NCBI GenBank assembly: GCA_042565955.1
Contig: JBHORG010000003.1
Span: 33,328 to 97,327 of the forward strand
DNA length: 64,000 bases
From: Thermoproteota archaeon
GTDB lineage: Archaea; Thermoproteota; Bathyarchaeia; Bathyarchaeales; Bathyarchaeaceae
Direction: 5' to 3'
Both the position numbers and the translations under genes were made by a program. Each line of letters begins with the position of its first letter. The first letter of the stretch is position 1. Shown here in pieces: positions 19,207 through 27,494 of the stretch. The notes beneath the pieces were generated by a model that saw nothing but the letters and a program-made list of their open reading frames with translations, did no database searches and was not told the origin of the DNA.

Positions 19207-19374
19207 CTAGTCATTTCTCATTAAATAAATTGGTTTATCCAATTCAAGTTGGCTAACACAGGATTTCAGAAGTTTGTAATATGCCTTTCTTGCTTTTGTT
19301 CTAATTTTTCCTTTCAAAAAAAGTATCTCTTTTTCCATCATATCTATTTCAAATCTTATTGCTTCTTTCCTCAT
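19207..19374 (-). CDS. small hypothetical protein (cassette gene)
   Basis: 55-aa ORF MRKEAIRFEIDMMEKEILFLKGKIRTKARKAYYKLLKSCVSQLELDKPIYLMRND. Not in the ORF track and more protein-like than the listed + strand ORF 19249-19446. Confidence 0.25.
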   Translation of the reverse strand: MRKEAIRFEIDMMEKEILFLKGKIRTKARKAYYKLLKSCVSQLELDKPIYLMRND

Positions 19375-19521
19375 CTTATTAATCAAATTACTTCCCCCAA
19401 AATGAAGAATTTAGTACCAATTAATTCAAAAATCTCCAATAGATAATAAATTTATTGATTTTCAAATCTGTCTTTCTAAACAATATTTTAAATCTGTTTA
19501 TTTGCATGCTGGTTCTCAAGT

Positions 19522-19596
19522 AGACATAATACGGATTTTTCACCAGAGCGGTTGAAGGAAATCTATGAAAAAGCTAACTTGAGATTACTAAAATAA
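19522..19596 (+). repeat. int-end repeat copy 5 (integrase C-terminal remnant)
   Basis: Translates RHNTDFSPERLKEIYEKANLRLLK-stop; core at 19552-19581. Confidence 0.8.
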
Positions 19597-19662
19597 GCAA
19601 CTTACTATCATGTTCAAAACTTAAATATGCCCTGAATGATACAAAGTGCGGGGGAATACTAG

Positions 19663-19944
19663 ATGACTAAGTATGTGGTATCTCTTCCTGCAAAGTGGGA
19701 ACAGTTTCTTGTAGGTTTAGCCGATGATCACCAAGTTGATCTGAATAGCGTCGTCAATGAATTGTGCACATGGGCCTTTTCTAATTCCGAAATAAAGAAA
19801 CAGTTTGAACTATTGTTGGATGATGCTTTTCCCCCAATGGGTGAAGTTGCAGACAAAGCAAGGGCGGCTGGAGAAGAAATCGGCATGAATGAAGAAGAAA
19901 AGGAAGAAGAATCTGAAGAGGAATCTCACGATCATAGAGACTGA
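19663..19944 (+). CDS. small acidic protein, function unknown
   Basis: 93 aa with a highly acidic tail (EEEKEEESEEESHDHRD). Confidence 0.45.
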   Translation: MTKYVVSLPAKWEQFLVGLADDHQVDLNSVVNELCTWAFSNSEIKKQFELLLDDAFPPMGEVADKARAAGEEIGMNEEEKEEESEEESHDHRD

Positions 19945-20008
19945 GACTTTATCATAATTGAACAATTATTCTGGGAGAACTTCTCAAAGTTGAAGACTAC
20001 CACAATAG

Positions 20009-20196
20009 AGAAGAAAAACAACTGTTAGTCTTTATCTTACTAAAGAAACTGTTGAACGGGCACGTTTTCATAACTTAAATCTTAGTAGAATTGCAGAACA
20101 AGCGTTAATCAGCATTTTAGACTATTTAGAACCACAAAACAACAAACAAAGCTCAAACTTTCTTGGCACAGGTTATCTTCTGAAAGAAAGTGTAAT
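20009..20196 (+). pseudogene. open frame reading into attR: putative Int(N) part with ribbon-helix-helix-like segment
   Basis: No stop from 20009 into the repeat. Reads KTTVSLYLTKETVERARFHNLNLSRIAEQALISILDYLE...ESVMVPRTGLE in the same codon phase as the frame leaving attL. No canonical start codon before the ATG at 20195. Confidence 0.4.
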
Positions 20197-20301
20197 GGTG
20201 CCGAGGACCGGACTTGAACCGGCGACGACTCGGTCTTCAGCTTCACCCTCAACAATGTTTATTGTTGAGTCGAGTGCTCTCCCAGTCTGAGCTACCTCGG
20301 C
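20196..20301 (-). tRNA. tRNA-Phe (GAA) with ~29-nt intron, CCA encoded
   Basis: Acceptor GCCGAGG/CCTCGGC and D arm GCTC-AGACTGGGA-GAGC. Anticodon arm CTCGG-CTGAAGA-CCGAG forms after removing ACTCAACAATAAACATTGTTGAGGGTGAA, which contains a perfect 9-bp hairpin. T arm GCCGG-TTCAAGT-CCGGT. Confidence 0.8.
20197..20230. repeat. attR: att core inside the functional tRNA-Phe
   Basis: GGTGCCGAGGACCGGACTTGAACCGGCGACGACT spans CCA through the T arm to the variable loop of the tRNA. Confidence 0.85.
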
Positions 20302-20410
20302 GCCACTCAACAAGAACCATAACTTGTTTTTTAAGCTTTTTGAAAAAATGTGCCTTTGTCTCCTCTGAAAATGAACCATAACCTATTAACCCATGCAAAA
20401 TGAATGCTAG

Positions 20411-20845
20411 ATGAGTGTTGAAAAGAGCATGAGTGATGTTTGTGTCTTCTGTCGTATAGCTTCCGGCAAAGCACCAGCAAGCATCGTTTACGAAGATACC
20501 AACATATTAGCTTTCATGGATCTGAATCCCGCTAATGTTGGTCACACTTTAGTCATTCCCCGGGAACATTGGGAGAACATTTATGATGTTCCCGAAAAAA
20601 CACTAGCTGAAATGGCTGCAGTTGTCAAGAGAGTTAGTGTTGCAGTGAAGAAAACCGTTGGTGCAGATGGAATTAAGATCATCCAGCTTAATGGGAGAGC
20701 TGCTGGTCAATTGGTGATGCATATTCACATTCATGTAATACCAACCATTTCTAAAGCCGGAGTCATGATGGGTTATCGTGGACGTATAACTCCAGAACGA
20801 AGAGACTTGGATGAGAATGCGAAAAAGATACGGAAAAACCTTTGA
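20411..20845 (+). CDS. HIT family protein
   Basis: CVFCRI N-terminus and the histidine triad HIHIHVIP. Confidence 0.85.
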   Translation: MSVEKSMSDVCVFCRIASGKAPASIVYEDTNILAFMDLNPANVGHTLVIPREHWENIYDVPEKTLAEMAAVVKRVSVAVKKTVGADGIKIIQLNGRAAGQLVMHIHIHVIPTISKAGVMMGYRGRITPERRDLDENAKKIRKNL

Positions 20846-20871
20846 AGTTTTGCTGTCGACAAAATGGTTGG

Positions 20872-20966
20872 TGGTGGGCCCGGCCGGATTTGAACCGGCG
20901 ATCTCTTCCGCGTGAGGGAAGCGTCTTTTGGCCTCAAAGGGAGTTAACCAACTGGACCACGGGCCC
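20872..20966 (-). tRNA. tRNA-Val (CAC) with ~18-nt insert in the D arm, CCA encoded
   Basis: Acceptor GGGCCCG/CGGGCCC, intact anticodon arm CTTCC-CTCACGC-GGAAG and T arm GCCGG-TTCAAAT-CCGGC. There are 36 nt between position 9 and the anticodon stem instead of about 18. Confidence 0.75.
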
Positions 20967-21283
20967 ACTCTACAAACCTAAACGATACATGATTCCTTTA
21001 TATCTTTTATAGCAACCTTTTGTTTCCTTTTTTCAGAAAAAAGGAACCTAGTAATATCTTTTAGTAAAATCTGTGCTTGATCTGACCAGAAACAATTTTT
21101 TTCGGAAGATCACATTCAAGTCACATTTAATTATGGTTTCTATTTTCATGGAATAGAAAAGAAAAAAATGGATTGGAATAAAATGCTAAGTAATTTGTAG
21201 ATAGTACGCTTGTCCTAAATACCGACTTTGAAGATTAATAATATGATATGGGAAATAGAAAATTCAGATTTTCCTTTATTGTT

Positions 21284-21436
21284 TTAACGGACTATTTCTC
21301 GTTTCTTCCATCGTAGATTCTTGTTTCTACATTTTCTGCACTTGACGGCAGCGGAAGAGTTTCGTACTCCACAGTCTCTGCAGATTTTCATGTATAGCCT
21401 ATGCTTCTGAGCGAGTGTTTTTTTGAATGGGTCCAT
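21284..21436 (-). CDS. rpl40e: 50S ribosomal protein L40e
   Basis: 50-aa ORF MDPFKKTLAQKHRLYMKICRDCGVRNSSAAVKCRKCRNKNLRWKKREIVR with the L40e zinc-ribbon pattern; not in the ORF track. Confidence 0.8.
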   Translation of the reverse strand: MDPFKKTLAQKHRLYMKICRDCGVRNSSAAVKCRKCRNKNLRWKKREIVR

Positions 21437-21769
21437 TATAGGCAAATCAAATGTTCTCCGTTAACTAAAGATTAGTAACGATTCAAATCACCCCCGACCT
21501 AAATATGTTTTCCCTTTACATATTTGTAAAAAAACTAAAAAGAAAATTTAATTTGCCTCAAGAAAAATCGTAGGCTTTTTGAAAGAGACAATTCACGGTT
21601 TGCCTAACTTTGGGTGATATTCCAAGTTATACCACAACGTATTTATTGTTCTGTCAAAAACTTTAGCAAGTTCACAACCAGAATAAACGAAGAAGTGAGG
21701 CGGTAAGAACACGCAAGTTTAAAAGGCTCCACCGCTAACTCCTTTATTCCATGGAGGATTCAAGACGCA

Positions 21770-22276
21770 GTGAAAACCGAATTATGCAATTTCTGCTTGA
21801 AAAGCGGAATATTGTGTTCAAAATGTCAAGGAAAACTTGAGTCGGGAGATGTCAGTGAGGTAGACTTCACTATAGCTCGATTACTTTTGTCTCTGGAACC
21901 GCAGTATCCTTCTCTTCAAGATGTACATTTTCACAAGGCTGTGGAAGCCGATAGGATCCTCGCTATTCTCGTCAATAAGGGTGATGTGCCGCGTCTTTTG
22001 AGCCATGGCGGAAAAATTGTTAAGGCTCTTGGCGAAAAGACTGGAAAAACTATTCGCGTTCTGGAATATGGAGTAACTGAACGAAAATTCCTAGAAGACC
22101 TCTTTGTTCCTTTGACGATTCTAACAATAAACAAGATTTGGTTGCCAGACGGAACAACAGAAACAAGAGTCATCTTGAATCGGGGAAGACGAAAACGAAT
22201 CCCTAATGTCAAAGCTTCGAAGGAACTCGCTGAAAAGCTTCGGGGAATGACTCTCCGAGTAGAATTCGCTCAATAA
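21770..22276 (+). CDS. Zn-ribbon plus KH-like RNA-binding protein (NusA-like)
   Basis: N-terminal CNFCL...CSKC and a GGKIVKALGEKTGKTIRV KH-type GXXG segment; a possible TATA element TTTAAAA lies about 50 nt upstream. Confidence 0.45.
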   Translation: MKTELCNFCLKSGILCSKCQGKLESGDVSEVDFTIARLLLSLEPQYPSLQDVHFHKAVEADRILAILVNKGDVPRLLSHGGKIVKALGEKTGKTIRVLEYGVTERKFLEDLFVPLTILTINKIWLPDGTTETRVILNRGRRKRIPNVKASKELAEKLRGMTLRVEFAQ

Positions 22277-22285
22277 CCGTCGTCG

Positions 22286-23614
22286 GTGTCTCAAATGAAA
22301 CTTGACAAGATGGGAGACTGGCGAAGAACCCATTATTCAGCTGATATAGGTCCTGAACTCGACGGACAGGATGTCTTGGTTTTCGGTTGGATTCAGGAGA
22401 TTCGCGACTTAGGTGGCTTACGTTTTCTTATACTACAAGACAAGACTGGACAGTTACAAATCACTATTCATCGACACAAAGTTGCAGCTGAGGTAGTGGA
22501 GAAGGCTGAGTCATTGCAGAAACAATACAGCATCGGCGTTAAAGGCACAGTTAAGAAAATGGGGAAGGCTCCCAGAGGAGCGGAAATTGTACCTAAAGAA
22601 ATGCGAATATTTAGTGTATCACAGCAGCCATTACCTCTCGATATAACTGGACGAACCAAAGCAGAGATTGATGTACGCTTGGATGCCCGAGTTTTAGATT
22701 TACGCAGAGAAGAAAATCAAGCTATCTTCAGGGTTCAACATGTTGCACTTGAGGCTTCCAGATCTTTCTTGTCAAAACGAGGCTTCATGGAAGTATTCAC
22801 ACCCCGAATTATCGTGTCCGCGACTGAGGGAGGTTCTGCCCTGTTTCCGGTAGCATATTTCACGCGAGAGGCTTTTCTGGCTCAGAGCCCTCAACTCTAC
22901 AAAGAAGAACTAATTCTGGATTTTGAGCAGGTCTTTGAGATAGGACCCTTTTTCAGAGCCGAGGAATCACACACTCGTCGTCATCTAAGCGAATTCATTT
23001 CTGTAGATATCGAGCAGGCTTTTGCAAATGCTGAAGACGTTATGAGTGTTCTCGAAGAGCTAATTCATAGCGTCTGTAAAGATGTGGTGACTAACTGTAA
23101 ACGGGAACTTAAGCTTCTAGGTCACGAGATTGTAGTTCCTGAAATTCCTTTTATGCGTTTAACTTACAGTAAGATTTTGGAGGAGCTGGAGGCAGAAAAG
23201 ATTCATATTCCATGGGGCGAGGACATTCCCACAGTAGCTTATAGAATTCTTGGAAAGCTTCATCCATACTATTATTTCATTACTGACTGGCCAACGAAAG
23301 CTAAAGCGTTTTACATCAAACCAAAAGATGACCAACCAGAACTGAGCGAAGGCTTTGATTTGATGTGGAATTGGGTAGAACTTTCGTCAGGAGGTGCCCG
23401 CATTCATTCCAAAGAATTGCTAATGAAACGGTTGTCAGAGCAAGGACTAAGTACAGAGTCTTTTAAGACTCATCTAGCGGCGTTCGATTATGGTATGCCT
23501 CCTCATGCGGGATGGGGCTTGGGCTTGGCAAGACTAGTTATGGTTCTTACAGGTGTAAAAAACATACGAGAAGTAGTGCTCTTCCCACGAGACAAATTCA
23601 GATTAACACCCTAA
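22286..23614 (+). CDS. aspS: aspartate--tRNA ligase, archaeal type
   Basis: OB-fold N-terminus and class II motifs (QSPQLYKE, FRAEESHTRRHLSEF, GGARIH, GWGLGLARL). Confidence 0.9.
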   Translation: MSQMKLDKMGDWRRTHYSADIGPELDGQDVLVFGWIQEIRDLGGLRFLILQDKTGQLQITIHRHKVAAEVVEKAESLQKQYSIGVKGTVKKMGKAPRGAEIVPKEMRIFSVSQQPLPLDITGRTKAEIDVRLDARVLDLRREENQAIFRVQHVALEASRSFLSKRGFMEVFTPRIIVSATEGGSALFPVAYFTREAFLAQSPQLYKEELILDFEQVFEIGPFFRAEESHTRRHLSEFISVDIEQAFANAEDVMSVLEELIHSVCKDVVTNCKRELKLLGHEIVVPEIPFMRLTYSKILEELEAEKIHIPWGEDIPTVAYRILGKLHPYYYFITDWPTKAKAFYIKPKDDQPELSEGFDLMWNWVELSSGGARIHSKELLMKRLSEQGLSTESFKTHLAAFDYGMPPHAGWGLGLARLVMVLTGVKNIREVVLFPRDKFRLTP

Positions 23615-23623
23615 CCTCAGTAG

Positions 23624-24991
23624 CTAGTATCCGGCTGCTATCAGGTCTTGGGATTTCATGAATTCTCGCAGCAGGACAGTTGCATAGCTTCCTCGATTCA
23701 ATGTAAAACCAAGTTTCATCATCTGTTTGTCAGGGTTCTCTTTATCTTCGGATATTTCTTCTTGAACCAGATTCCAGACTGGATTTAGGATTGCCCGTAC
23801 TCTACCATCTGCAGTTGCTTCTGGCATAGACGGAATCTTGAATTGTTCTGGAGTAACGTTTTGGGATTTAAGAATTGCTTGTTCTATTTCTCCCTGTATT
23901 CCTTTGGATGGTGGTTGTTCTGGACCTATTAGGGGAGCTGCTACACACATCTTTTTCTCTTTCACCATCTGTTCTATTGTTTGAATGTTCGTTTCAGTTG
24001 CCTGATCATATTCTTCAATGGGTAAACCATGCTTGTCAAGCCTTATAGTATAATCGCCTATCTGTGGCTCGTTTAGAGGAATTCCTTTTCGTATTCGTTC
24101 GCTGATAAACCTGTTAAAAAGATACGACTGATGGCCTTGAACAAAGAGCTTACGAAGTCTCCGAGGTAACTCTCTGAATGCACCCACAAAATCGTTTGGA
24201 TATTTTATTAGGTGACGGAGCATGAATCGTTCATACCTTAAAAATCTAGGGAAACGTTCGAGAGCCTCCTCAAAATTCATTGTATCCTGTAACAGTTGCC
24301 GAGCCTCCCTCGCTACTGGATTCTCATGGATACTGGGTTCTGCAAGAAAAACGAGCGCCGCCTTCTCCGTGTCTCCTCTTGTTAGATATTTACCTATCTG
24401 ATGAGTGTTGGGTCTAATAGTACCAAAACGTTGGTGCCCAAAAAAGTTGGGAACCCCTCCCTGTTGCTTTATTTCTTCTTTGATGCTTTTTGTTTGCTCT
24501 TCAATAACCGATACTGGATGGTCGATTCCTCTTATTGTTATGTGGAATCTGTTTCCTCTAATGAGCTGAGAATACATCCTTTCTCTGGAAAAACGTTGGG
24601 GATAAACCGTTAAGTCTTTTATTTGCACATCTAAAACCTTGTTTGGCGACACATTCTGCAGGCTTATGTGCTGGGCGGTAAGCGCTTTAGTGTCCTTGAT
24701 TCCCGCAAATCTGATACGTTTCTGGCTTATTCTTAGCCTTTCTGCAACCTGTCTAACTGCCAAAAAAGTGTCCCATCGCCGCTTAACCAATACACAGATT
24801 AGATAACGTCCCTCGCCGACAGGCTTCCAAACCTCAACAGGCCCGGAAACCTTAGCTAACGAACCATCAACCAAGAGTTCCTCAACTACAAAATCATCTA
24901 GTAGGTGACGAATTTTTCCCCCAATCCCCAAAGACTGGGTAGAGTAAACTTCTATACCTACTTTTTTTTCGAGTTGTGGAACCTGCAACAA
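23624..24991 (-). CDS. truD: tRNA pseudouridine synthase TruD/Pus7
   Basis: LDDFVVEE and FAGIKDTKA motifs and length typical of archaeal TruD. Confidence 0.85.
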   Translation of the reverse strand: MLQVPQLEKKVGIEVYSTQSLGIGGKIRHLLDDFVVEELLVDGSLAKVSGPVEVWKPVGEGRYLICVLVKRRWDTFLAVRQVAERLRISQKRIRFAGIKDTKALTAQHISLQNVSPNKVLDVQIKDLTVYPQRFSRERMYSQLIRGNRFHITIRGIDHPVSVIEEQTKSIKEEIKQQGGVPNFFGHQRFGTIRPNTHQIGKYLTRGDTEKAALVFLAEPSIHENPVAREARQLLQDTMNFEEALERFPRFLRYERFMLRHLIKYPNDFVGAFRELPRRLRKLFVQGHQSYLFNRFISERIRKGIPLNEPQIGDYTIRLDKHGLPIEEYDQATETNIQTIEQMVKEKKMCVAAPLIGPEQPPSKGIQGEIEQAILKSQNVTPEQFKIPSMPEATADGRVRAILNPVWNLVQEEISEDKENPDKQMMKLGFTLNRGSYATVLLREFMKSQDLIAAGY

Positions 24992-24999
24992 ATGTAACC

Positions 25000-25386
25000 T
25001 CAGAGCAGACTTAGTTTTCCTGTTATGATATCCACCTTATTGGCAGGAGCAGGACCTATTCCTAGGCAGGTTGTGGTGTTTGGCGGGATTTCAGTTAAGC
25101 CTCTGTCGACGATCAATACTGCTGGCAGTTTTGTGTTTCTGGCTTTTCTTTCAAGCTCCAAAATCTCCTGTTCAGACTTCGCCTTAACAGCAATTTTACA
25201 TTGTCCTTCATTAATCCACGGGGTCCACCATTCGGGGCGGTTCTTTCGTGCATACTCGGATGCGGAGACAGCAGCGTGTCCAGCCTGAGCAGCCATTTTG
25301 CCTTTGCTCATCTTGATGTCAGTTCTCACAACTATAACCATCTTATAAGAGAAAGACGCCGAATCACAAGATATTCTTCCCGTCAT
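25000..25386 (-). CDS. pth2: peptidyl-tRNA hydrolase Pth2
   Basis: VIVVRTDIKMSKGKMAAQAGHA and GLTEIPPNTTTCLGIGP; the true start is probably the ATG at 25341. Confidence 0.85.
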   Translation of the reverse strand: MTGRISCDSASFSYKMVIVVRTDIKMSKGKMAAQAGHAAVSASEYARKNRPEWWTPWINEGQCKIAVKAKSEQEILELERKARNTKLPAVLIVDRGLTEIPPNTTTCLGIGPAPANKVDIITGKLSLL

Positions 25387-25510
25387 GTTACTTTAGCCTC
25401 AACTGTATTCTATTGTTTCTCTTTCCTACTCTAAAACGCTTCCATAACAAAATCCGACGCAATCAACTTTTTTTCAAAAACTGAAATAGATTGTTTTAAT
25501 TAGGGGATGT

Positions 25511-26728
25511 TCACCGTTTTTTTGAAGAGGTCAGCCAGGAGTATATGAAATAGCTGATTATTGCGAGTGCACCTGGATACTTTATCATTGGAATAAGTGA
25601 TCTGCCTTGGAAATCGAGATCTCCAACCTTCTCAAGGACATCATTAATTCCTACTCTGTTGCACCAGTCGATTATTTTGTCCATTCTACTGTCTGATAGC
25701 CTGTTTAACATTCTTCGTATCTGAAGCATAGCTGCCAAATCAAAACCCACAAGTTTCTTCCATTGATGCTGATAATTGGAAAGGAAAGTTTCAGAAAAGT
25801 TGTTGTTCTTAACTGCTTCGTTGGCAACCTCTCCTGCAACTTTAGCGCATGTTAACCCAAATATGACGCCTCCTCCTGTTGTCGATTTTACTTGGGATGC
25901 CGCGTCTCCTACCACAAGAAAACCGTTTGAATATGTTTTGGATATTGGCCCCGCCAAGGGTATGGGATGAAGATTAATGCTTGTGACTTTACTTTTTTTT
26001 AGCATATCAGAAACCACGGGATGTTTTCTCATGAACCTCTGCAGATGCTGGTGGGGATTACCTGTTGAAGTGGCTAAGCCAACCTTTGCTGTGCCATCCT
26101 TTCCAGGGATTATCCATCCAAAAAAGTCGGGAGCAACGTTTCTTCCAAAAAACACCTCAACCATATCTTCCTCTATATTTTCTATTCCATTGACATGTGC
26201 TTGAATTCCCCGAACCGTCATGGATGCATTCAGACCCTTTAAGCCTGTCTTCTTCAGAATGGCTGATGAACAGCCCTCAGCGTCTATAACAACATTCGTT
26301 TCCAGTTTCATCTCTCCTTTTAGGGTGACTCCATTAGTAAAGCCTGAATCAAAGAGTAGAGACTTCACTCTTGACTTGAAGCGATATTGAACTCCTGCTT
26401 TTACAGCTAAATTATATAGATGCTTATCGAAGAGTTCCCTGTCAACAACATATGTAACTGGATTTTGGCACCTTAACACGAACTCTTTACCTGCCGGAGA
26501 ATGAAAAATGGCTCCTTTAATTTTGTTTTCAATAACATCCAGTGGTATTTGTAACCCTAACCGTTTGAGACTGGAGATGTTTAGGTGACCAGCGCAATGA
26601 TTCGGCACTCCTATCTTTTCATGCTCTTCGCAAACAACCACTTCGGAACCTAGTTTGGCAGCTGTATATGCTGCGTATGAACCGCAGGGGCCTCCTCCAA
26701 TCACAATAATGTCAGGTTTTATTTTCAC
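25511..26728 (-). CDS. geranylgeranyl reductase family oxidoreductase
   Basis: DIIVIGGGPCGSYAA FAD-binding motif and LVVGDAASQVKSTTGGG. Confidence 0.85.
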   Translation of the reverse strand: MKIKPDIIVIGGGPCGSYAAYTAAKLGSEVVVCEEHEKIGVPNHCAGHLNISSLKRLGLQIPLDVIENKIKGAIFHSPAGKEFVLRCQNPVTYVVDRELFDKHLYNLAVKAGVQYRFKSRVKSLLFDSGFTNGVTLKGEMKLETNVVIDAEGCSSAILKKTGLKGLNASMTVRGIQAHVNGIENIEEDMVEVFFGRNVAPDFFGWIIPGKDGTAKVGLATSTGNPHQHLQRFMRKHPVVSDMLKKSKVTSINLHPIPLAGPISKTYSNGFLVVGDAASQVKSTTGGGVIFGLTCAKVAGEVANEAVKNNNFSETFLSNYQHQWKKLVGFDLAAMLQIRRMLNRLSDSRMDKIIDWCNRVGINDVLEKVGDLDFQGRSLIPMIKYPGALAIISYFIYSWLTSSKKR

Positions 26729-26835
26729 AAATCTTCCTCTTGTGAAGTCAGTGGTTTTACTATATCACGGGAAGTTTTAAAAGATAGCATATATAAGAGG
26801 GCATTGTATTATCCAGAATTCCTTGAGGTGTTGCT

Positions 26836-27021
26836 GTGAGCGAGAGAATAAACATCGTTATGCCCAAATGCATGTCATGTAATCGAATTATTCCTCCGGG
26901 CGAAGATTCAACAAAAACTAATTGCCCAAACTGTGGAGAAATACTCATCTGGCGTTGTGCTAAATGTCGACAGTTCGGAAGAAACTACCGCTGTCCCAAA
27001 TGCAGCTTTATTGGGCCATAG
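26836..27021 (+). CDS. small multi-CPxCG zinc-finger protein (DUF1610/HVO_2753-like)
   Basis: 61 aa with four Cys pairs (CMSC, CPNCG, CAKC, CPKC). Confidence 0.7.
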   Translation: MSERINIVMPKCMSCNRIIPPGEDSTKTNCPNCGEILIWRCAKCRQFGRNYRCPKCSFIGP

Positions 27022-27494
27022 CTCAGGTTTAATGAGCTAGTCACTTCTGTTTCTGGATTAGCCTACTTTTTCAAATATATAGGCGAAAGTTGGTTGTTTT
27101 AGTCTAGTTTCCGTTCACATTATAACTAAAATACCCACTTTATTCTCTTTCTAAGATCCAACGAAAGTTTAAGATCTTGATTCTGGTGCTTAGAACTTGA
27201 GAGCTTCTGATCAAAATCCACAAAGGGATGCTTCTGTTCCACAATTTATTGTTTTTGTTTATGCTATTTTGTTGATAATCATATTTCTAAATCAATTTTT
27301 ATTACGAACTAAATAACTCTGGAATACACTTTTGAATTCACCAAAATGATATTCAATATTAGGTGTTTCTCGATGTTATTATCCGAAACATTTAATCTTG
27401 AAAGTGATTCCCGAGATTTTTTAGTGAACTACTTCAGTGCTGAGAAAAGCTTTTATTCAATTCGCATGATAATTGCCCATCAGGGTAATAGAAA

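Larger units (their letters stand above)
15340..20230. mobile_element. integrated element in tRNA-Phe with split, decayed tyrosine recombinase and cassette-like cargo
   Basis: A 34-bp direct repeat at both ends (one mismatch) equals the 3' part of tRNA-Phe. The integrase lies next to the left repeat. Cargo genes are unrelated to the flanking housekeeping genes. Confidence 0.75.

Noticed and set aside
19249-19446. Listed 65-aa + strand ORF in a cassette
   Set aside because: TTG start with a Phe/Cys/Ser-rich low-complexity translation. The minus-strand 55-aa ORF 19207-19374 looks more like a protein.
16141-19596. Considered a classical integron (IntI plus attC sites)
   Set aside because: The repeats show no attC-like imperfect palindromes (R''/L''-L'/R'). 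They are direct copies of integrase-coding sequence, so the array is reported as a distinct layout instead.
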